Assembly (NCBI GenBank): GCA_016187515.1
Contig: JACPJN010000007.1
Location: forward strand, 4,046-68,045
From: Candidatus Uhrbacteria bacterium
GTDB taxonomy: Bacteria; Patescibacteriota; Patescibacteriia; GWA2-47-26
Reading direction: 5' to 3'
Length of the DNA: 64,000 bases
In this document: piece by piece, positions 56,777 through 64,000 of the stretch
Numbering within the stretch: position 1 is the first letter of the stretch
Layout of the letters: each line of letters begins with the position of its first letter
The notes under the pieces: model-generated
The model's database searches: none
What the model saw: the letters and a program-made list of their open reading frames with translations, nothing else
What the model was told of the DNA's origin: nothing
Made by a program: the position numbers and the translations under genes

Positions 56777-57535
56777 CTACACCTCCAGGATAGCGCCCAA
56801 AACCCAGAGTACCGCCACGCCTAAACCAAACGCGAGCATGTGCGATAAAATATGCCCCCGCCGCAGTTCTTTGTGTATTTCCGGGAGCAGATCAACGGTC
56901 GCGATATAGATAAAGCCGCCACCGGCAAGCGCGATAAGCGGTACTTCGACGCTCTCGGCTACCCCGGCGATAAAATAAACCAGCACTCCTCCGGCAATCG
57001 CGGCCAGCGCGGAAAACAGATTCCAACGAATCGCCTGTGCCCTGGTCATGCCCATCTGCTGCAACACGCCAAAATCGCCAACCTCCTGGGGAATTTCGTG
57101 AAGCAATACCGCGATCGCGGTAACCAACCCCAACGGCAGTGAAATCAAGAGTGCCGCGGCAATCGCGATCCCGTCTAAAAAATTATGCACCGTGTCGCCA
57201 ATAATCACCATGCTGCGGCGCGTTTTGTGAACGTCACAAATGCCTTCATGACAATGCGAGATCAACAGCAACTGCTCAATTACATAAAAAATCAGCAATC
57301 CAGTAAACACATAAAGCAGTACGCGGCCGGGCTCCACCCCCTCTAAATGTTCAAAGGCCTCCGGCAACAGATCAAAAAACGCCGCCGAAAGCATGGCCCC
57401 GGCCGCGAAAGAAACCAAATGCATCAGCCGTTCTTGGTTGCGCGCCAGGCGGCCGACAATGAAAAGCGCGGCCAGAACCCCGAGTACTCCTCCGATAATG
57501 GTGAGCCCGATAATTAATAGTAAAGTCATAAACAA
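56777..57535 (-). CDS. ZIP-family zinc/iron permease (ZupT-like)
   Basis: 252 aa, ~8 TM; signature HNFLDGIAIAAA and LHEIPQEVGDFGVL. Confidence 0.8.
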   Translation of the reverse strand: MFMTLLLIIGLTIIGGVLGVLAALFIVGRLARNQERLMHLVSFAAGAMLSAAFFDLLPEAFEHLEGVEPGRVLLYVFTGLLIFYVIEQLLLISHCHEGICDVHKTRRSMVIIGDTVHNFLDGIAIAAALLISLPLGLVTAIAVLLHEIPQEVGDFGVLQQMGMTRAQAIRWNLFSALAAIAGGVLVYFIAGVAESVEVPLIALAGGGFIYIATVDLLPEIHKELRRGHILSHMLAFGLGVAVLWVLGAILEV

Positions 57536-57584
57536 TAGCCATTACATTTTTACCTGTCAATAATATCAAAAAGACACCCGGGAG

Positions 57585-58700
57585 TCAAACTCGCTTTCGC
57601 GCGAATCTCTCTCCGTACACGGCCAGAAAGGTGGCGATCGGAAAAGCGAGAGCGATCGCGGTGCTGCCGGCCAGCGTCCTAACAATTTCAACCGCGATAA
57701 TTTCACTATTTATCACTTGTCCATACGTCATCGCGACTTCTTCATTAAGTTTGAAAAGGAGCAAGAGGGGTAGTGATGCTCCCGCATAAGTAAGAAATAG
57801 AGTATTAACGATTGCCCCCAGATGGCTGTTGCCCACCTTAAATGCCATCTTAAATACTGGCCTGGAAGATAGCTCGGGATTGGCCTCCCTAATTTGCGCA
57901 ACGGTTTCGATCTGGCTGACTACCGCGTCATCAAGCACGCCGAGGGTGCCAATCAGCATCCCCGCTAAAAGCAAGCCCTGAAAATTAATCGCGCCCTTTC
58001 CAAGCGACATCAGATAAAGCGATTCCTCGGTCAATCCCGTCAGACGAGTTAGGTAGGTAAATAGTACCGAGATGCCCAGCGCTAAAAGCAGCGCGCCGGC
58101 AATGCTGACCGTCGCGAGATGGGCCCGGCTATTCCATCCTTCCGTTATGTAGATAGACAATACTACAACAGCCAGCGCTCCTAAAACGCTAACCAGTACC
58201 GGATTAGTTCCGTTTAGAATGCGCGGTATAATAAACCCCAGGATTACCGTAAAAGTCATGGCCAAACTCAAAAGCGCCCGCAAACCTTTGCGCCGGCCAA
58301 CCGCGATGATACTCAAAATAAAAAATCCGGCCAATAAATAAAGGTACGGCCGTCGGACATAATCAGTCACGGTAAATATCTCTTTGCCATCCGGTACTTT
58401 GTCATAATAGACAATCACCCGATCGCCTTTTTTATAAACTCCGGCATCAATAATATCGAGCTCGGAAATTCCCTGCGACAGCGCCTCGCGGCCTTTCCAA
58501 ACTCCGGTCAGACCGCGCAGGCGTAAATCCTGCTGGGTGACTTTTGATCCATCTTCACGAGTAAACGCGCGCTCGCGGATAATCTCGATGACCCGCGCTT
58601 CAAAAGTTTCACTAACGATAAGTGACGGCGGCGCATCCTGCGCTTTGGCAATGAGCGGCAACAGTAGTACGATAATACATAGCAGTCGAGATAATCTCAT
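57585..58700 (-). CDS. YibE/F-family membrane protein
   Basis: N-terminal signal/anchor, periplasmic-like domain, then ~6 TM; assignment from overall architecture and sequence recall. Confidence 0.55.
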   Translation of the reverse strand: MRLSRLLCIIVLLLPLIAKAQDAPPSLIVSETFEARVIEIIRERAFTREDGSKVTQQDLRLRGLTGVWKGREALSQGISELDIIDAGVYKKGDRVIVYYDKVPDGKEIFTVTDYVRRPYLYLLAGFFILSIIAVGRRKGLRALLSLAMTFTVILGFIIPRILNGTNPVLVSVLGALAVVVLSIYITEGWNSRAHLATVSIAGALLLALGISVLFTYLTRLTGLTEESLYLMSLGKGAINFQGLLLAGMLIGTLGVLDDAVVSQIETVAQIREANPELSSRPVFKMAFKVGNSHLGAIVNTLFLTYAGASLPLLLLFKLNEEVAMTYGQVINSEIIAVEIVRTLAGSTAIALAFPIATFLAVYGERFARKRV

Positions 58701-58875
58701 ATAATTAAGCCAGTATATCATATTTCCAAACCATAAACCACCCTTGCGGGGTGGCTTGTTTTACTTCAGTAGATGGCGGGCCGTACGGGATTTGCCTTGC
58801 ACTACGCAGAGTGCATGGCACCCTGTACCCTATGTGGTGCAGGGTGAACCCTCATTCCGTGACCCCGCCCAAAGC

Positions 58876-58921
58876 GGGCCGTAGGGGATTTGAACCCCTG
58901 GTCTTCTCCGTGACAGGGAGA
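58876..58921 (-). pseudogene. tRNA-Asp(GUC)-like 3' fragment (anticodon arm + T arm + acceptor 3' strand); 5' half absent
   Basis: minus strand tctcc-ctGTCac-ggaga, variable agacc, T-arm agggg-ttcaaat-cccct, acggcccg; a second copy of the 3' end (caaatcccgtacggcccgcca) at 58783-58803; region closes with hairpin+T terminator ~58745-58765. Confidence 0.45.
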
Positions 58922-58932
58922 CGTGTTAGATA

Positions 58933-59277
58933 TTATTTCACAGCAGCGACAATCTTCGCAAATACGGCCGGGTGCTCAATGGCGAGTGTGGAAAGCACTT
59001 TGCGGTCAAGAGTAATGCCTTTCTTGTGCAGCGCGGAGATCAGCGTGGAGTACTTCATGCCTTCTTCGCGCGCGGCGGCATTGAGCCGAATATTCCAAAG
59101 CGCCCGGAATTCCCGCTTTTTGCGGCGGCGATCAACATAGGCGTGCGCGCCGGCCTTCAAAACCGCCGGCTTCATGAGCGTTATCTTGGACTTGCGTCCC
59201 CACTTGTACCCCTTGGTCGCGGCTAAAAATTTCTTCCTTCGTTTGATTCGATGTGTTCCTCGTTTGACTCGTGGCAT
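58933..59277 (-). CDS. rplT: 50S ribosomal protein L20
   Basis: MPRVKRGTHRIKRRKKFLAATKGYKWGRKS canonical L20. Confidence 0.95.
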   Translation of the reverse strand: MPRVKRGTHRIKRRKKFLAATKGYKWGRKSKITLMKPAVLKAGAHAYVDRRRKKREFRALWNIRLNAAAREEGMKYSTLISALHKKGITLDRKVLSTLAIEHPAVFAKIVAAVK

Positions 59278-59362
59278 ATTGATCGGTGAATCAAGTGAAT
59301 CAAGCAAGACAAGCAAGTCAAGCTGCTTGATTTACCTGATTTACTTGCTTTACTTGATTTAC

Positions 59363-59560
59363 TTATTTAGCGTATGGCAGCAACTTCTTCACGTTGGGCG
59401 CGTGATGCTCGGAAAGCGATACATCCCGCCGCTTTTCGCGCGTTACTTTCCCCGGCTCGCGCGCGTTAAAATGATCCTGCCCGCCTTTGCGAATTAGAAC
59501 TTTTCCGGTTCTGGTAATTTTGAACCGCTTGGAAAGCGACTTTGGGGTCTTGAGTTTCAT
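59363..59560 (-). CDS. rpmI: 50S ribosomal protein L35
   Basis: 65 aa MKLKTPKSLSKRFKITRTGKVLIRK. Confidence 0.9.
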   Translation of the reverse strand: MKLKTPKSLSKRFKITRTGKVLIRKGGQDHFNAREPGKVTREKRRDVSLSEHHAPNVKKLLPYAK

Positions 59561-59567
59561 ACATTTT

Positions 59568-59659
59568 GTGTACGAATTACGAATCTTGAACGAATATTAC
59601 GAATGTTGTAAATTCAAATTCGTAGTATTCGCAACGCCATTCGTTGATTCGTACACAGA
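59568..59659. repeat. TACGAAT palindromic element between infC and rpmI
   Basis: tgtgtacgaattacgaatcttgaacgaatattacgaat...attcgtagtattcgcaacgccattcgttgattcgtacaca; 11-bp perfect TIR; shares 20-mer cattcgttgattcgtacaca with the htpX copy. Confidence 0.7.
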
Positions 59660-60196
59660 TTATTTCTTCGCAATGACCATGGACAATACTCCGCCTTGTT
59701 TTTGAAATGGCTGGTCAATTCTGATCTCCGTAAATAAGGCCACAAAGTCCTGAAGAATTTTACGCGCCAGCTCCACATGCTGACGTTCGCGGCCGCGCAA
59801 AATAATTTCTATCCGTACGCGATTCCCTTCGTCCATAAACCGCTGCGCCATCTCTCTGCGCACCCCCAGATCATGGTCACCGATTCGCAGCGACAACCGC
59901 ACCCCCTTCACCTCCACTTCTTTGGCATGCGCTTTTTGCTTGCGCATCTCTTTAGTTTTTTGATATTTATATCTTCCGTAATCAGTAATTTTCGCAATCG
60001 GGGGTTGCGCATTGGGATTGATAAGCACAAGATCTAGCCCTTGCTCGCGCGCGAGCGTAAGCGCGGCCGCAGTATCCATAACATCAAGGTGTTCGCCTTG
60101 ATCGTTGATAACCCGAACCTGCGGGGCAGTAATGCCGGTGTTAAACCGGATTAACGGCCCTTGGGGTTTTTGCGGTCTTCTTCGAGAAATTCGCAT
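59660..60196 (-). CDS. infC: translation initiation factor IF-3
   Basis: IF3 N and C domains (VRVINDQGEHLDVMD..., KEVEVKGVRLSLRIGDHDL); true start may be non-AUG. Confidence 0.85.
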   Translation of the reverse strand: MRISRRRPQKPQGPLIRFNTGITAPQVRVINDQGEHLDVMDTAAALTLAREQGLDLVLINPNAQPPIAKITDYGRYKYQKTKEMRKQKAHAKEVEVKGVRLSLRIGDHDLGVRREMAQRFMDEGNRVRIEIILRGRERQHVELARKILQDFVALFTEIRIDQPFQKQGGVLSMVIAKK

Positions 60197-60229
60197 TGGG
60201 GAAGAGTTATTGAGTTATTGGTTATTAAG

Positions 60230-60628
60230 TTATTGGGTGGTTGAATCCTTGCGCCGCTCCAACAGATAGTGGATATACCCGTTCAACACTTTTCTCGCCG
60301 CGAGGTATTGTGCAATCAGTTGCTCACATGCTTCCAGTGGCGCCTGATGCAAATCACGGGCGGCGATAATGTGGTTGCGTGTCTCTTCAAGCGAACCTCG
60401 CGCCTGTCTGCAAAACTGAATATTCTCCTGATAATGGAACCTCCCAAATCCCTCCGCGATATTTGCGGGTGTTGAGGAACTACACCGTCTAAGCTGAGGC
60501 ACACGATTATACTTCTCATCAGCAGGCAATAATTTCACAAACTCATACACCTCAAGCATGATCTGATGAGTCAATCGCCATGCTTCTAGCTGGGTAAAAT
60601 CTACAATCTTCTCTTGCATGTATCTCAA
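60230..60628 (-). CDS. four-helix-bundle protein (23S rRNA intervening-sequence protein family)
   Basis: 132 aa; hallmark NIAEGFGR motif and length of that family; family match is inference from motif recall, no search run; immediately downstream of ssrA. Confidence 0.6.
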   Translation of the reverse strand: MRYMQEKIVDFTQLEAWRLTHQIMLEVYEFVKLLPADEKYNRVPQLRRCSSSTPANIAEGFGRFHYQENIQFCRQARGSLEETRNHIIAARDLHQAPLEACEQLIAQYLAARKVLNGYIHYLLERRKDSTTQ

Positions 60629-60668
60629 CCTAATAACTCAATAACTTAATAACTCGGTACTCTCAATT

Positions 60669-61106
60669 GGTGGAGGTGGAGGGAGTTGAACCCTCGTCTA
60701 GTAAATCCTTCGCATTCAACACTACAAGCTTAGCTTTCTTTGGATTTTTGGAACGCGCCTGAAAGAAAGCAAACAGCGCGCTCCTAGTCTTTGCCAATCT
60801 CAAGCATGTCGGGTAAGACCTCCGTCATGCTCCATCCTCTAATTACAGGAGTGCCCCGCTAGAGGAATCGCGGGACTCCTGACACACTGCTTAAAAAGCG
60901 GCGTGTGCAAAGGCCGGAGCTCTGAAAGTGCTGAAAGCATTTGTCAGAGTATTCCAACCCATAGATACGTTCTTGGCATGTATCAATTTCCCTGACCGTT
61001 TTATCCCGACCTAAGTCGGGATCCCGACTTTACGTCGGGACGAGTGGACAGAGTTGCTCGGCTTGCGTCAAAGTGCGTTGAACTCCTATCGATGCCCGTC
61101 ACCCCC
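60669..61106 (-). ncRNA. ssrA: tmRNA (SsrA)
   Basis: minus strand 5' GGGGGUGACGGG... and 3' ...GAGGGUUCAACUCCCUCCACCUCCACCA: tRNA-like acceptor with G3.U70, T-arm GGGUUCAACUCCC, encoded CCA; 5' end preceded by a perfect hairpin; smpB adjacent; tag-peptide frame not assigned. Confidence 0.7.
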
Positions 61107-61249
61107 AAATCTATGCGGCTTTTAGCCGCATAGATTTGGGGGTGCAAAGTTATTTAGTTATTGAGTTATTACAATCGATCAAACCAACGTAATAACTCAA
61201 TAACCAATAACCTAATAACTCTCACCTCATAACCCAATAACTCAATAAC

Positions 61250-61696
61250 CTAATAACTCCTTCTCAATTTCTCCCGAATTTCGCGATCCACGGCGCGTTT
61301 TTTAATCACCTCGCGTTTCTCGTATTTTTTGCGTCCGCGGGCCAGCCCGAGCTCGACTTTCAAACGGCGTCCCTTAGTATACAGGGAAACCGGTATTAGT
61401 GTCAAGCCCTGGCTATGAATCTTCCCCATGAGCTCCTTAATCTCGCGGCCGTGCAGCAGCAATTTACGACTGGCCGTCGGATCATAATCTTTTAAAGATC
61501 CGGCCTTTTTGTAGGCCCCAATATGGGCATTCAAGAGCCAGACCTCCTCGCCTTTGAGTGTGGCATAGGCGCCTTTAAGCGATACATTGCCGGCACGCAC
61601 CGATTTTACCTCCTGACCGGTAAGCACAATCCCCGCCTCGTAGGTTTTAAGGATGTCGTAATCAAATTTGGCACGCGGATTTTTGGCAAGGGTCAT
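61250..61696 (-). CDS. smpB: SsrA-binding protein SmpB
   Basis: 148 aa; canonical SmpB body and basic C-terminal tail. Confidence 0.9.
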   Translation of the reverse strand: MTLAKNPRAKFDYDILKTYEAGIVLTGQEVKSVRAGNVSLKGAYATLKGEEVWLLNAHIGAYKKAGSLKDYDPTASRKLLLHGREIKELMGKIHSQGLTLIPVSLYTKGRRLKVELGLARGRKKYEKREVIKKRAVDREIREKLRRSY

Positions 61697-63099
61697 AGCG
61701 TCCGGGTGCCGACAAAGCTTTGCCCGTGCGGAATTATTTTCTCGCTTCCTAAAATTACTATCTTGCTCCTTTTTTTAAGTCCGGATTTTTTTGCCTGCGC
61801 GAGAAGCAATTTCAAAAGCGCGTCCATGGTTTTTACCCGCGGCACGAGAAACGGCCGGACGCCCCAGGAAAGATTTAATTGATGCACAACACGCCAATCG
61901 GGTGAGCCCACGATAAGCGGCACTTCGGTACGATAGCGCGACAGTAAACGTCCGGTATGCCCCGTAAGCGAGCCGGCCAGGATTGCTTTGGCCTCTTCAG
62001 TACGCGCGCGCACAGCCGCAAGCAGCGCTACTTCTTCTTCGCGCGGCCCATGAGTAATCTCGCCTCCGATTGAGAGATCATCAAACCTTGATGCTTCGGT
62101 TTTTTTAATAATATGTGCCATGGTCGCGACCGCTTCCACCGGAAATTGCCCGCTGGCGCTTTCTCCGGAAAGCATGGTCGCGTCGGTGTGATCAATTACG
62201 GCATTGGCCACATCCGAGGCCTCGGCCCGGCTTGGCCGGGGGCTTCGTTCCATGGAGGCCAGCATCTCGGTGGCCACAATTACGGGCACAGCCATCCGCC
62301 GGCATTTTTCAATCAGCTCTTTTTGAATAATCGGCACTTCTTCAGGACTGGTGGCGAGTGCCAGATCGCCTCGCGCGATCATAATGCCGTCGGCCTCACG
62401 CAGAATTTCGTCAAAATTCTGCACGGCTTCGCGGGTTTCGATTTTTACAATAATATGGAGCTCTGGTTTTTTTAAAAGTCGTCTAAGCGCAACTACATCC
62501 GCAGGGCGTTTTACAAACGAAAGCGCCACAAAATCAATATCTTGACCGCGCGCCCAAGCCGCGTCGTTTTTGTCTTTACTGGTCAGCGACGGCAAAGGTA
62601 GCGACACGCCGGCAATCGCAATCCCCTTGTGCGATTTTAGCTCGCCCCCCAAAGTCACTTTCGCATGAATATCGCGGTCACGCACTTCCTCAACCACACA
62701 CTCAATCGTCCCGTCCGCGATCAAAAGATGCGCTCCTTTTTTCGCGTACTTGTGGAAATTCGGCACGGCAATGGGTATTTTAGTTATTGGGTTATGAGTT
62801 ATTGAGTTATTAGATTGTGTGGTAAAGACCAATTTTTGTCCAATTACTAATTTCAAATTACTAATTACCAATTCCCCGATCCTTGCCTTCGGTCCTTGCA
62901 AATCAATCAGAATCGCGACCGGCTCTCCTGTTTTTTTAGCCGCCGTGCGAATTGTACGAATTGCACGACCGTGCCACGCGTAAGTGCCGTGCGACATATT
63001 TAATCGGCACACGTTCATTCCGGCACGGATCATTTTTTGAAGTGTGGCTGGCGTCTCGGAGGATGGACCGATGGTGCAAATTATCTTAGTACGCTTCAT
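61693..63099 (-). CDS. pyk: pyruvate kinase with in-frame repeat insertion
   Basis: 468 aa; MKRTKIICTIGPSSETPATLQKMIRAGMNVCRLNMSHGT, catalytic MIARGDL; insert ISNLKLVIGQKLVFTTQSNNSITHNPITKI encoded by ttattgagttatt-type repeat DNA at 62775-62880. Confidence 0.9.
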   Translation of the reverse strand: MKRTKIICTIGPSSETPATLQKMIRAGMNVCRLNMSHGTYAWHGRAIRTIRTAAKKTGEPVAILIDLQGPKARIGELVISNLKLVIGQKLVFTTQSNNSITHNPITKIPIAVPNFHKYAKKGAHLLIADGTIECVVEEVRDRDIHAKVTLGGELKSHKGIAIAGVSLPLPSLTSKDKNDAAWARGQDIDFVALSFVKRPADVVALRRLLKKPELHIIVKIETREAVQNFDEILREADGIMIARGDLALATSPEEVPIIQKELIEKCRRMAVPVIVATEMLASMERSPRPSRAEASDVANAVIDHTDATMLSGESASGQFPVEAVATMAHIIKKTEASRFDDLSIGGEITHGPREEEVALLAAVRARTEEAKAILAGSLTGHTGRLLSRYRTEVPLIVGSPDWRVVHQLNLSWGVRPFLVPRVKTMDALLKLLLAQAKKSGLKKRSKIVILGSEKIIPHGQSFVGTRTL

Positions 63100-63191
63100 A
63101 GCGAGAGTTATTAGGTTATTGAGTTATTAGGTTATTAGTTTGTGAGTCACGATAACTTAATGACTTAATAACTTAATCACTTAATAACCCA

Positions 63192-64000
63192 TTACTGCTT
63201 TAACTCCTCCAACTCCACCTTCACCTCCCGTTCTTTTCCTTGACTCAATATTTTAAGCGTCACGGTATCGCCCGGCTGGTGTTTTTGAATCTGTCCGGCC
63301 AGCGGACGGTCTTCGGTAATCTTGACGCGATCAATCTCCAAAATTATATCATTCTCGCGCAGACCAGCTTTATCCGCTGGCGAGGCCGGAGCAATGGCCA
63401 GATTCGTCCGCTCCGCACCCCGCACAATCAGCGCCCCATAATCAACCGGCAGTTGATTTTCTTGTTTAAGCTCCGGGGTAATAATCACATACCGCACTCC
63501 GAGCCACGGCCGCACAATCCGCCCGATCTTGATCACGCTCTCAATCACCGGCTTGGCTTGATTTACCGGAATGGCAAAACCCAAATTCTGGCCGGCTTGC
63601 GAGACCGCGGTATTAATGCCAATCACCTCCCCTTTCATGTTGACTAAAGGCCCGCCGGAATTTCCCGGATTAATCGCCGCGTCCGTCTGAATCGCCTCTT
63701 CAATTACCTCCGAGCCAATCCCAGGTCCGCCGGCGGTAACTCGCCGCTTAATACCCGACACTACCCCGCGGGTAATGGTGTTGGAAAATTCGGAAAGCGC
63801 GTTGCCAATCGCGATCACGGATTCGCCAATCTGTAAATTATCAGAGTTTCCGAATTTCACCGTGGGTAATCCCTGGGCCTCTATTTTAATAAGCGCCAAA
63901 TCAATAAACGGATCCCGCGCCATTACTTTAGCATCATACCGCTTTCCTTCCGAGGTGACCACGGTATAAGTGGCCGCCTCGTCAAACACCACATGTTTAT
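63192..64000 (-). CDS. HtrA/DegP-family serine protease (partial; N-terminus beyond window)
   Basis: Trypsin-like active site GNSGGPLVN, followed by PDZ domain. Confidence 0.8.
   Translation of the reverse strand, partial: KHVVFDEAATYTVVTSEGKRYDAKVMARDPFIDLALIKIEAQGLPTVKFGNSDNLQIGESVIAIGNALSEFSNTITRGVVSGIKRRVTAGGPGIGSEVIEEAIQTDAAINPGNSGGPLVNMKGEVIGINTAVSQAGQNLGFAIPVNQAKPVIESVIKIGRIVRPWLGVRYVIITPELKQENQLPVDYGALIVRGAERTNLAIAPASPADKAGLRENDIILEIDRVKITEDRPLAGQIQKHQPGDTVTLKILSQGKEREVKVELEELKQ

Overview
This 64 kb window looks like it comes from a small-genome, probably uncultivated bacterium. That taxonomic call is inference from gene content and architecture, with no database support. GC is about 50-55 %, with islands above 60 %. 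Housekeeping genes are dense and include the secE-nusG-rplK-rplA, dcd-dut, thyA-folA-tmk and infC-rpmI-rplT operons, plus gatB, miaA, thrS, dnaE (with an intein), pheS/pheT, rseP, murI, recG, ssrA/smpB, pyk, gyrB and ftsW. No integrase, transposase or CRISPR array is present. The window carries several dispersed repeat families. (1) A GGGGAG/CCCCT-rich palindromic REP-like element ('ccccttaaggtaaggggagg...gggttatgaa') occurs at least 17 times and is inserted in frame into essential genes (folA, gatB, pheS, pheT, murI, recG and the DUF3048 gene). (2) A perfect 36-bp palindrome (TGTCCCAAAATCTCACGGCCGTGAGATTTTGGGACA) is present in 5 identical copies plus one variant. (3) TACGAAT-rich palindromic elements sit immediately 5' of start codons in place of a Shine-Dalgarno sequence. 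(4) TAATAACT repeats form a further family. (5) Short in-frame tandem-repeat insertions occur in gyrB, thrS, pheT, pheS, recG, dnaE and pyk. The most system-like feature is a GC-richer accessory locus at 39.05-42.65 kb. It has three tandem cassettes, each built as identical palindrome, identical TTGACA-N17-TATTAT promoter, gene for an exported thioredoxin-like, membrane or Cys-rich protein, and a near-identical terminator. The array is flanked by a divergent PaaX-family regulator gene that is itself bracketed by the same 36-bp palindrome. A second accessory island (2.2-4.2 kb) carries small peptide genes (8, 28 and 46 aa) with shared leader and terminator modules, a MITE-like element and a VapBC pair. 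Further items are an insert between dnaE and pheT flanked by about 125-bp direct repeats, a tRNA-Arg followed by tandem 94-bp repeats that each end in the tRNA 3' end, and a pilin-like/M15-peptidase fusion in an envelope gene cluster.
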